A stretch of 39,798 nucleotides of DNA from Candidatus Levyibacteriota bacterium (GTDB lineage Bacteria; Patescibacteriota; Microgenomatia; Levybacterales; UBA12049), in assembly GCA_016182425.1 (NCBI GenBank), contig JACPGP010000033.1, forward strand, positions 1 to 39,798. The letters run 5' to 3'. Shown piece by piece: positions 10,202 through 17,857 of the stretch. Position 1 is the stretch's first letter. Each line of letters opens with the position of its first letter. A model generated the notes under the pieces. That model worked only from the letters and a program-made list of their open reading frames with translations. It searched no databases and had not been told where the DNA came from. Made by a program: the position numbers and the translations under genes.

Positions 10202-10945
10202 ATGAAGGGGATTGTTTTAGCAGGAGGATTAGCAACAAGACTTCGGCCCTTAACGTGGGTAACGAATAAACATTTACTGCCAATTTATAATAAGCCCATG
10301 ATTTTTTTTCCGCTTGAAGTGATGGCAAAAGCAGGTATACGCGATGTTCTTATTACTACTTCTTCAGATCATGCTGGTCACTTTATAAATTTACTAAAAG
10401 GAGGAGAAGAATTTGGGTTAAAGCTGGAGTTTGCTGTGCAAGAGAATCTTAAAGGCGGTATTGCTGATGCCATTGCATTGGGAGAGGAGTTTGCAAAAGA
10501 CAGCGATGACATTCTTGTTATCTTAGGAGATAATATTTTTACTTTTAATCTTAAAGTTAGCATTGACAGATTTGAGAAGAGAGAAAAAGGAGCAGTTGTT
10601 TTCGGCGTTAAAATGGATACAGGGTCTAAACAATATGGCGTAATTGAGGTAGATATAGATGGAACGGTACTTTCTATCGAAGAAAAACCGGAACAACCAA
10701 AATCTAATATTGCCCAAGCAGGAGTTTACATGTACGACAGAAGAGTATTTTCTTTTATAAAACTACTTTCTCCGTCTAAAAGAGGAGAGCTTGAAGTAAC
10801 CGATCTAAATAATATGTATGTCAAAGAGGGAACGATGAGATGCGAAATGCTTGATTTTTGGATTGATGCGGGTACATCGTTTGACGAATTATTGCGAGCC
10901 AATAACCTTGTTGCAGAAAAGATAAAGAAAGGAGAATTACTATGA
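10202..10945 (+). CDS. rfbA: Glucose-1-phosphate thymidylyltransferase (short RmlA type)
   Basis: MKGIVLAGGLATRLRPLT, NKHLLPIYNKPMI, EEKP, RGELEVTD. Confidence 0.9.
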   Translation: MKGIVLAGGLATRLRPLTWVTNKHLLPIYNKPMIFFPLEVMAKAGIRDVLITTSSDHAGHFINLLKGGEEFGLKLEFAVQENLKGGIADAIALGEEFAKDSDDILVILGDNIFTFNLKVSIDRFEKREKGAVVFGVKMDTGSKQYGVIEVDIDGTVLSIEEKPEQPKSNIAQAGVYMYDRRVFSFIKLLSPSKRGELEVTDLNNMYVKEGTMRCEMLDFWIDAGTSFDELLRANNLVAEKIKKGELL

Positions 10946-11370
10946 GTTTGGCAAGACTTGAAGATACAAAAAAGGTAAGCACATTTGACCTTTCTGGTAC
11001 AGAAAATGGTTTTTTAACCGAACTTTATAAAGAAGGCAACAAAACTGTTGCATATCTTACTTCTGTAAAGCCAGGGATGTTTAAGGGATACCATCTTCAC
11101 AGAGTTCGGGCTGCCCGCTATGTTATCTTGAGAGGAAAAATGAAAATTGTATTGTATAAACCAGGCAGTGGTGAAAAAGAAGAATATGTACTTGATGCTA
11201 ATACTCCCCAACGTTTATTTATTCCAAAAGATATTGCAACAGGACTTTTGAATATTGGGACAGATGAAGCTTGGCTTATAAATTACCCAGATCCTCCCTA
11301 CGACCCAGATCTTAAAGATGAACAAGTTGAATATGCCTTAGAGGAATTAGAGCAGGGAATTGTTAAATAG
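10942..11370 (+). CDS. RmlC-like cupin (dTDP-keto-deoxysugar 3,5-epimerase or 3,4-ketoisomerase)
   Basis: KPGMFKGYHLH cupin motif; lies between rmlA and rmlB. Confidence 0.75.
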   Translation: MSLARLEDTKKVSTFDLSGTENGFLTELYKEGNKTVAYLTSVKPGMFKGYHLHRVRAARYVILRGKMKIVLYKPGSGEKEEYVLDANTPQRLFIPKDIATGLLNIGTDEAWLINYPDPPYDPDLKDEQVEYALEELEQGIVK

Positions 11371-11371
11371 T

Positions 11372-12379
11372 ATGAAATTACTAGTGACAGGAGGGGCAGG
11401 GTTTATTGGCTCCAATTTTATTCTCTACTGGCTCAAACATTATCCACAAGATTCGGTTGTTAATTTCGATAAACTAACCTACGCTGGGAATTTGGAGAAT
11501 CTTAAAGAGGTTGAGAATAATTCTCATTACAAATTTATCCAGGGAGATATTTGTGATGCAGAATCAGTAAATGTTGCAATGCAAAATATTGATGCTGTGG
11601 TGCATTTTGCAGCCGAGAGTCATGTTGACAGATCAATTCTTGAGCCAGCTCCTTTTGTTATGACAAATGTTGTTGGTACACAAGTGCTTTTAGATAGCGC
11701 TGTTAAAAATCGAGTAAAAAAATTACACCATGTGTCTACAGATGAGGTATTTGGAAGTCTATCTCTAGAGGATACGAATAAATTTAATGAACGAACACTT
11801 AATAACCCCAGAAGTCCTTATGCGGCAAGTAAAGCAGGATCAGATCATTTGGTGCGAGCGTACCATACCACATATGGTTTGCCTATTACAATTACCAACT
11901 GTTCAAACAATTTTGGCCCTTATCAGTTTCCAGAAAAACTTATTCCTTTGGCAATTACGAATCTTTTAGAGGGTAAAAAAGTGCCGGTATACGGAGATGG
12001 ACTATATGTACGAGATTGGCTATATGTTGAAGATCACTGTCGTGCGATTGATATAGTTTTACAAAAAGGACGAGTTGGCGAAACATACTGTGTTGGCGGT
12101 CTAACAGAGGATATTAATAACCTGGCAATTATAAAGAAAATTTTGTCTCTTCTTGGAAAAGGTGAAGAGTTCATAGAATTTGTCAAAGATAGACCAGGAC
12201 ACGATAGAAGGTATGCAATTGATTGGTCAAAGATAAAAAATGAGCTGGGATGGCAGCCTCGGCATTCGTTCGATGAGTATCTTTTGAAGACTGTGGAATG
12301 GTACAAAACTCACGAAAGTTGGTGGAAGCACGTTAAAAGTGGCGAGTATCAGAAGTACTACTCAAGACAGTATGATTGA
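11372..12379 (+). CDS. rfbB: dTDP-glucose 4,6-dehydratase
   Basis: LVTGGAGFIGSNF, DKLTYAGN, HFAAESHVDRSI, YAASK, DRPGHDRRYA. Start set at the ATG at 11372. Confidence 0.96.
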   Translation: MKLLVTGGAGFIGSNFILYWLKHYPQDSVVNFDKLTYAGNLENLKEVENNSHYKFIQGDICDAESVNVAMQNIDAVVHFAAESHVDRSILEPAPFVMTNVVGTQVLLDSAVKNRVKKLHHVSTDEVFGSLSLEDTNKFNERTLNNPRSPYAASKAGSDHLVRAYHTTYGLPITITNCSNNFGPYQFPEKLIPLAITNLLEGKKVPVYGDGLYVRDWLYVEDHCRAIDIVLQKGRVGETYCVGGLTEDINNLAIIKKILSLLGKGEEFIEFVKDRPGHDRRYAIDWSKIKNELGWQPRHSFDEYLLKTVEWYKTHESWWKHVKSGEYQKYYSRQYD

Positions 12380-12500
12380 CTTAACTTACCAAATTACCCT
12401 AGCACAACCCCCTTTTTTCTTAGCTGTGATTGCTGTGGCTGTTGTTTACTATGTTTTTGGTAAAAAATCCCCCGCTTGTCAAATTGCACGCATTTTTTAA
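12372..12500 (+). CDS. Putative 42-aa single-TM small protein (below the ORF-track cutoff)
   Basis: MIDLTYQITLAQPPFFLAVIAVAVVYYVFGKKSPACQIARIF*. The ATG overlaps the end of rfbB; a TM helix is followed by KK. The last codons come from the inverted repeat. Confidence 0.5.
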   Translation: MIDLTYQITLAQPPFFLAVIAVAVVYYVFGKKSPACQIARIF

Positions 12501-12514
12501 CCAAAATTTTGCAA
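12476..12514 (-). repeat. Left 39-bp inverted repeat (site A)
   Basis: ttgtcaaattgcacgcattttttaaccaaaattttgcaa. Confidence 0.95.
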
Positions 12515-12585
12515 AAAATGAAAGATTAAAAGTAGATTTTAGATCACTATTATAGTCTAAAGTAGTAATTATACCAGTGAAAAAT

Positions 12586-12623
12586 TTGCAAAATTTTATA
12601 CCTTTTTTTATTGCAATTTGACA
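12586..12623 (+). repeat. Internal copy of the two-arm site (site B)
   Basis: TTGCAAAATTTT-N14-TGCAATTTGACA. Arms and spacing are identical to sites A and C; the spacer sequence differs. Confidence 0.85.
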
Positions 12624-12758
12624 CTATGTGTAAGGTTTATACGAAATATATAGATATGTTTAATAAAAACTGTTGATTTTAAGCCTAAGATTATACGTTT
12701 TATTAAAGGTCTTCTAAACTTTTTGATTAAAACTTACATCCGAGAGAGGCCATCGAAT

Positions 12759-13301
12759 ATGAGCAAGGAGATACCACAATCACAACCGGATTTACCACGC
12801 CCTGGCGATGGCCAGGGCTTCCAGGCGCCCAGCCCAGTCCGACCCTCAGAGCTGCACCCTTTCCAGGGGGGCATGCCCCCTATCCCGCCAGTGGGAGACC
12901 CGCCGACATGTACTCCCAATAGACCAGAGTTCCACCAGCCACGCAGTGAGCTGCCCCCACCAGAACCGCCATTACCCCACCCTGCACATGGTCTAGGCTA
13001 CTCCCCGACGGCCGAAGAAGTCGCCAGGCTGGAGGAGCTGGAGTTGCGGCGCAGAGCGCAAAACCGAGAGCGGCAACGCTGCTGGCGGCAACGTCACCCC
13101 GATAAACACAGCGAAAACAAGAGGAAGTGGCGCGAGCGCCATGCTGCTCAAATTGCTCAACACAGGGCTGCGTATGATAAGAAGTACAATAGCAAGCCCG
13201 AAGTGAAAGAGCGTAAGGCTAGGCAAGCCCGAGAGCGGTACGCACGGAAAAGCGCAGCCTCGGCCCACTCCTCACTCGAAAAAGTCTCGCCAGGGGCGTA
13301 A
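12759..13301 (+). CDS. Orphan protein: Pro-rich disordered N-terminus, Arg/Lys-rich helical C-terminus (possible nucleic-acid binder)
   Basis: GC-rich ORF; the ATG at 12759 has an upstream GAGAGAGG. C-terminal RRRAQNRERQRCWRQRHPDKHSENKRKWRERH. Confidence 0.65.
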   Translation: MSKEIPQSQPDLPRPGDGQGFQAPSPVRPSELHPFQGGMPPIPPVGDPPTCTPNRPEFHQPRSELPPPEPPLPHPAHGLGYSPTAEEVARLEELELRRRAQNRERQRCWRQRHPDKHSENKRKWRERHAAQIAQHRAAYDKKYNSKPEVKERKARQARERYARKSAASAHSSLEKVSPGA

Positions 13302-13396
13302 CGTGACGGCGGTTCCCGTGTTATATTCTATACACTGTAGTATAACTTAATACCGGGCAGACAACCGGAAACCCCCGCGCTTGTGTGTGTAAGATT

Positions 13397-13588
13397 TCAG
13401 TCAAAATTTGAGGTATTTTTCAATGTTTTGAGGCTAGAACATTGAAAGATAGAGTATAATAACATTGAAATCTTACACTCAAAGGGGATATTCGCCTCTG
13501 GCCAGTCGGTATCCTGTGGTAGATGACGGTAACGTCGCGCAAACATGTCCAGAGGGTATATAAAACTCTGTTCATAGGGGGTTGTCAT
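13397..13588 (-). CDS. Hypothetical small ORF or degraded gene
   Basis: 63-aa ORF starting 17 nt after the stop of the 159-aa ORF; weak SD; composition changes halfway along. Confidence 0.3.
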   Translation of the reverse strand: MTTPYEQSFIYPLDMFARRYRHLPQDTDWPEANIPFECKISMLLYSIFQCSSLKTLKNTSNFD

Positions 13589-13605
13589 CTGTTATCGTAT
13601 CCAAA

Positions 13606-14085
13606 TTACCGATGAGGGAGAAAGCCTCCGTCCCAGAGGAGTTCCGGTTGCAGGTTTCTGTCACCATTACCATATCGGAGCTTAATATCGTTCCTGGCAG
13701 CTTCGACCAAATCTACATCCTCCCCGTGGCAGCCCTGATAGAGGTCTACAAAGACCTTCTTCGGCCGGAGAGCTAGAGACAGTTCAACAAATATCGGACC
13801 GATAGCATCTGCCTTAGGGCTGCGGCGCTCCTGTGATGCAGGCGGACGCTCCTCCAGATAAATAACACGGCGTTCACGCCCTAACTCATCTTCGGCATCC
13901 AAGATACCCATCCACGAGTATCGTCCTGACGAATATACTGCGTAAAACAGGCCTTGCCAGAGGGCGTTAATACGCTCGTCCCGGCCGGGGAAGTTTGCTT
14001 TCAGAACATCGGCAAGGGGAGGAGGTGGTTTGATACCTATATTATTTTCGGTAGCAAACATGGGAAGTTCGTGACGCGGTACCAT
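13606..14085 (-). CDS. Orphan hypothetical protein
   Basis: 159-aa ORF with a GGAGGA SD 5 nt upstream and a canonical promoter. Confidence 0.7.
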   Translation of the reverse strand: MVPRHELPMFATENNIGIKPPPPLADVLKANFPGRDERINALWQGLFYAVYSSGRYSWMGILDAEDELGRERRVIYLEERPPASQERRSPKADAIGPIFVELSLALRPKKVFVDLYQGCHGEDVDLVEAARNDIKLRYGNGDRNLQPELLWDGGFLPHR

Positions 14086-14102
14086 TATATTCCTCCGTGT
14101 TG

Positions 14103-14131
14103 ATTATTTCATAGCTGTTGCTTGATGTCAA
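14103..14131 (-). promoter_or_regulatory. Sigma70-type promoter for the 13606-14085 ORF
   Basis: Minus strand TTGACA-17nt-AATAAT, then GGAGGA and ATG. The -35 lies inside the palindrome gcttga-tg-tcaagc (14120-14133). Confidence 0.65.
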
Positions 14132-14340
14132 GCCGGTTCGCAAGCCCACTCATAACACCAAGCGCGCTGGCCTATTACAGACAATCGGTCGGACGGAAGA
14201 CCCCTTAACGCTATCGACCACAACGGACTTGGAGGTTGCTTGCACACCATCTTGAATCGTTCGGCTCTGCCGGTGGCCCCTTGCTGTAGATGCTGGAGGC
14301 CCCGGAATAACCGAAACGCAGTCCACGGGAGGATGTCAAA

Positions 14341-14379
14341 TTGCAAAATTTTGGTTAAAAAATGCGTGCAATTTGACAA
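14341..14379 (+). repeat. Right 39-bp inverted repeat (site C)
   Basis: ttgcaaaattttggttaaaaaatgcgtgcaatttgacaa. It also forms a 12-bp IR (tgtcaaattgca 14334-14345 / tgcaatttgaca 14367-14378). Confidence 0.95.
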
Positions 14380-14449
14380 ATAATACTATTTTTGTCAGAA
14401 GCGTGAACTGTTACTGGCTTAGAGTGCCCTTCCGTTTTTCCTTATGGCA

Positions 14450-14458
14450 TGTTAGAAT
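14450..14458 (+). promoter_or_regulatory. Extended -10 promoter element for ugd
   Basis: TGTTAGAAT, 9 nt upstream of the ATG at 14468. Confidence 0.5.
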
Positions 14459-14467
14459 AAGATTCTT

Positions 14468-15757
14468 ATGACGATAACATTTGTGGGGCATGGATATGTT
14501 GGGCTTGTGTCTGCCTCGATTTTTGCGGAGTTGGGCAATACGGTTTGGGTTATTGGACATACTTCTGAAAAAATCGAAAACCTCAAAAAAGGGATCATTC
14601 CCATCTACGAACCAGGACTTGAGGAAATAGTTAAAAGAAACGTTAAGGCAAAGCGTTTGCTGTTTACTCTTTCCTACAAAGAAGCAATACCCGCGTCAGA
14701 CGCGGTTTTTATTGCTGTAGGTACGCCTCCGAAGAAAAACGGCGAAGCAGATCTTTCGGTTGTTTTTGCAGTGGCAGAAAAGATTGGGAGAAATCTTGAT
14801 GGGTATACAGTTGTTGTAACAAAAAGCACAGTACCAGTTGGGACAAATTTTGAAGTTAAAAAAATTATTGAAAAAGTTTTGCCACAGAAAGCCACGTTTG
14901 ATGTAGCCTCAACACCAGAATTTTTGCGCGAAGGCCAGGCCATTTCCGATACACTGCATCCAGATAGAATTGTAATTGGCACAGAAACAAAACGAGCAGA
15001 GGAAAAACTGGTCGAGCTTCATAAACCAATTGATGGAACCATGGTCCTTACCACTATTCCAACTGCTGAAATGATAAAGTATGCGGCAAATGCTTTTTTA
15101 GCCACAAAAATTTCGTTTGCCAACGCCATCGCGCAGCTTTGTGAAGTAACAGGAGCAGATGCTTTAGGGGTACTGGAGGGAATTGGTTTGGATAGCCGGA
15201 TTGGCAAGTCATTCCTTTCTCCAGGGCCAGGGTATGGCGGAAGTTGTTTCCCCAAAGATGTTAAAGCGCTTATTGCCATAGCAAAACAACATGGGTACAA
15301 GTTTTTGCTTCTTAAGGATGTTGAGGCGATTAACGCTCAGGCGATGGAAGGGATTGTATACAAAGCGAAAAAACTGCTTAAAAATCTTAAGGGAAAAACA
15401 ATTGGAATTTTGGGCCTTTCATTTAAGCCGGATACCGATGATATGCGAGATGCCCCTTCGATTGTTATTATCAATCAATTACAAACAATGGGAGCAAAGA
15501 TGAAGGTGTACGATCCGATTGCGATGGATAATGCGAAGAAAATCTTAAAACATGTTATTTTTTGCAGCGATTCCTACGAGGCCGCTAAAGATACAGATTT
15601 GCTTATTGTTATTACAGAATGGAATGAATTTCGACAGCTTAACTTAGGTAAAATAAAAGAATATATGAGGCAACCAGTTCTTATTGACGGAAGAAATATT
15701 TACGATCCTAATGTTGTACAAAGGCTTGGTTTTATCTATAGAGGGGTGGGAAGATAG
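14468..15757 (+). CDS. ugd: UDP-glucose/GDP-mannose 6-dehydrogenase
   Basis: VGHGYVG, IAVGTP, KSTVPVGT, PEFLREG, GYGGSCFPKD, FKPDTDDMR. Confidence 0.95.
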   Translation: MTITFVGHGYVGLVSASIFAELGNTVWVIGHTSEKIENLKKGIIPIYEPGLEEIVKRNVKAKRLLFTLSYKEAIPASDAVFIAVGTPPKKNGEADLSVVFAVAEKIGRNLDGYTVVVTKSTVPVGTNFEVKKIIEKVLPQKATFDVASTPEFLREGQAISDTLHPDRIVIGTETKRAEEKLVELHKPIDGTMVLTTIPTAEMIKYAANAFLATKISFANAIAQLCEVTGADALGVLEGIGLDSRIGKSFLSPGPGYGGSCFPKDVKALIAIAKQHGYKFLLLKDVEAINAQAMEGIVYKAKKLLKNLKGKTIGILGLSFKPDTDDMRDAPSIVIINQLQTMGAKMKVYDPIAMDNAKKILKHVIFCSDSYEAAKDTDLLIVITEWNEFRQLNLGKIKEYMRQPVLIDGRNIYDPNVVQRLGFIYRGVGR

Positions 15758-15763
15758 GCGTGT

Positions 15764-16726
15764 ATGGCAAAAAAGGTTTTAATTACTGGTATTTCTGGAT
15801 TCGCGGGCAGCCATTTAGCAGAGGCTTTAATTGCAAAGAATCAGTATGATGTAAGCGGTACATATCTTTCTGCCTCTAGTCTTGTAAATCTAGCCACGGT
15901 TAAAAAAAAACTGCGTCTTTCCCAGATTGATTTGATAAAGAAAGAAGATATTGCCTCTTTTGTTAAAGAGGTAAAGCCCGATTTAGTATTCCATTTGGCA
16001 GCGTTTCCGGCAGTCGGAGAAAGTTTTGGTCACCCCGAAGAAACCATTATGAACAACATTGTTGCTCAATTAAATTTATTGGAGGCACTAAGAAAGTTTG
16101 AATTTTTTGAATGCCGTGTTTTGGTTGTTTCCTCGGCAGATGTTTATGGAGAAGTAGCAAAAAAGGATTTGCCTATTGATGAAGAAACGCGTTTTTCTCC
16201 AGTTAGTGCATACGCCGTTTCTAAAATAACTCAAGATTTTTTAGGTTTGCAATATTTTTTATCTTATGGTATGAAAGTTATTCGAGTTCGCCCCTTTAAT
16301 CATATTGGTCCTCGTCAATCACCAGGATTTGTAGTAGCTGATTTTGCACAAAAAATTGCCAAGATAGAAAAAGGATTATCAGAACCTTTTATTACAGTTG
16401 GAAATTTAGACTCGAGAAGAGATTTTACTGATGTAAGGGATATAGTTCATGGTTATGTACTTCTGCTTGAGCAAGGCAAGATAGGTGACGTATACAATAT
16501 TGGTTCTGGAAAATCATATAAAATTTCTGAAATACTTGATATGCTTCTTTCTTTTTCTAAAGAAAAAATTACGGTAAAAAAAGATCAATCTTTGATTCGC
16601 CCTCAGGATTTATTAGAGCGAGTGTGTGACAACAGTAGGTTTGTAGAGTTAACTGGTTGGAAGGCGGAAATTCCCTTAAAGCAAACATTGAAAGATACCC
16701 TGGATTATTGGAGGAATATTGTTTAA
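15764..16726 (+). CDS. GDP-4-keto-6-deoxymannose reductase (Rmd-like) / GMD-family SDR
   Basis: VLITGISGFAGSHL, YAVSK, RPFNHIGPRQS, VGNLDSRRDFTD; adjacent to gmd. Confidence 0.75.
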   Translation: MAKKVLITGISGFAGSHLAEALIAKNQYDVSGTYLSASSLVNLATVKKKLRLSQIDLIKKEDIASFVKEVKPDLVFHLAAFPAVGESFGHPEETIMNNIVAQLNLLEALRKFEFFECRVLVVSSADVYGEVAKKDLPIDEETRFSPVSAYAVSKITQDFLGLQYFLSYGMKVIRVRPFNHIGPRQSPGFVVADFAQKIAKIEKGLSEPFITVGNLDSRRDFTDVRDIVHGYVLLLEQGKIGDVYNIGSGKSYKISEILDMLLSFSKEKITVKKDQSLIRPQDLLERVCDNSRFVELTGWKAEIPLKQTLKDTLDYWRNIV

Positions 16727-16744
16727 AATAAAGGAGCGGTTTTT

Positions 16745-17716
16745 ATGAAAAAAGCACTCATAACTGGAATTACGGGGCAGGATGGATCATACTTGGCAGA
16801 ATTTCTTTTAGGAAAAGGATACAAAGTTTATGGACTAACACGCCGTACCAGCACTGTAAACAACGAACGAATTGCCCACATTCAAGATAGAGTGACTTTA
16901 GTGCAGGGTGACCTTTTGGATCAAAGTTCTCTGTCTTCGGCACTTATGGAAGCAGCTCCTGATGAGGTATACAATCTTGCGGCTCAGTCATTTGTAAAAA
17001 CTTCTTGGAATCAACCCGTGCTTACAGGAGAATTTACGGCACTGGGTGTGACGCGTATGCTTGAGGCTATTCGCGTTGTCAATCCAAAGATTAAATTTTA
17101 TCAAGCATCTTCATCTGAAATGTTTGGGAAAGTAACGGAAACTCCGCAGAAAGAAACGACCCGCTTTCATCCCAGAAGTCCCTATGGCGTAGCAAAGGTG
17201 TATGGGCACTACATTACGGTTAATTACAGAGAGAGTTTTGGCATATTTGCTTGTTCGGGTATTCTTTTTAACCATGAGTCGCCAAGGCGCGGTCTTGAAT
17301 TTGTGACCAGGAAAATCAGCAATGCGGTTGCTCGAATCTATCTTGGTAAACAAAAAAAAATAGAACTGGGGGATTTACGGCCAAAGCGAGATTGGGGATT
17401 TGCGGGAGATTATGTTGAGGCAATATGGCTGATGCTTCAGCATGAGAAAGCAGATGATTATGTAATAGCAACAGGCAGGAACCATAGCGTAGAGGAGTTT
17501 GTTAAATTGGCGTTTAATGTGGCAGGAATTAGCAATTGGAAAGATTACGTTTTGGCAAATAAGCCTGAACACATGCGCCCGGCAGAGGTAGATTTTTTAA
17601 TTGGAGATTACAGTAAGGCTAAAAAAGTGCTTGGTTGGAAACCAAAGACAAGTTTTGAGCAATTGGTGGAGATGATAGTGAAAAAAGATATAGAGATGGA
17701 GCGGGGAAGCAAATAA
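16745..17716 (+). CDS. gmd: GDP-mannose 4,6-dehydratase
   Basis: [50 protein letters not shown]. Confidence 0.96.
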   Translation: MKKALITGITGQDGSYLAEFLLGKGYKVYGLTRRTSTVNNERIAHIQDRVTLVQGDLLDQSSLSSALMEAAPDEVYNLAAQSFVKTSWNQPVLTGEFTALGVTRMLEAIRVVNPKIKFYQASSSEMFGKVTETPQKETTRFHPRSPYGVAKVYGHYITVNYRESFGIFACSGILFNHESPRRGLEFVTRKISNAVARIYLGKQKKIELGDLRPKRDWGFAGDYVEAIWLMLQHEKADDYVIATGRNHSVEEFVKLAFNVAGISNWKDYVLANKPEHMRPAEVDFLIGDYSKAKKVLGWKPKTSFEQLVEMIVKKDIEMERGSK

Positions 17717-17719
17717 AAT

Positions 17720-17857
17720 ATGGAGACGGTATTAATTGCTGGAGGAGCAGGGTTTATCGGCTCACATCTAAGTGAATCGCTCCTTGACGAAGGATACAAC
17801 TCCAAGACGACATGTATCTGTATTAAAAAAGCCATAGACTATTTTAGAAAAGCATGA
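17720..17857 (+). pseudogene. Internally deleted NAD-dependent epimerase/decarboxylase remnant
   Basis: METVLIAGGAGFIGSHLSESLLDEGY is joined in frame to ...IKKAIDYFRKA*: both termini of an extended SDR with the middle missing. Confidence 0.75.

Larger units (their letters stand above)
12476..14379. mobile_element. 1.9-kb segment bounded by perfect 39-bp inverted repeats (invertible or non-autonomous element; no recombinase inside)
   Basis: 12476-12514 is the exact reverse complement of 14341-14379. The cargo is visibly GC-richer than the flanks and carries orphan ORFs. Confidence 0.65.

Noticed and set aside
12586-12660. TTGACA at the ends of sites A, B and C as simple -35 boxes
   Set aside because: None has a TAnnnT hexamer at 16-18 nt spacing.
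12500-12745. Chromosomal oriC or dif site
   Set aside because: AT-rich, but no DnaA boxes (TTATCCACA) and no XerC/D dif consensus recognised.
14110-14340. tRNA, SRP, RNase P, tmRNA or group II intron domain V
   Set aside because: Only fragmentary resemblance (ggttcg, ggtcggacggaag); the diagnostic motifs are absent.
14128-14379. 83-aa minus-strand ORF
   Set aside because: It starts inside the inverted repeat, has no SD, has an unnatural composition and runs into the promoter of the next gene.
12476-14379. Classical IS/Tn7-like transposon
   Set aside because: No transposase ORF and no target-site duplication for either boundary choice. Kept only as an unexplained IR-bounded element.
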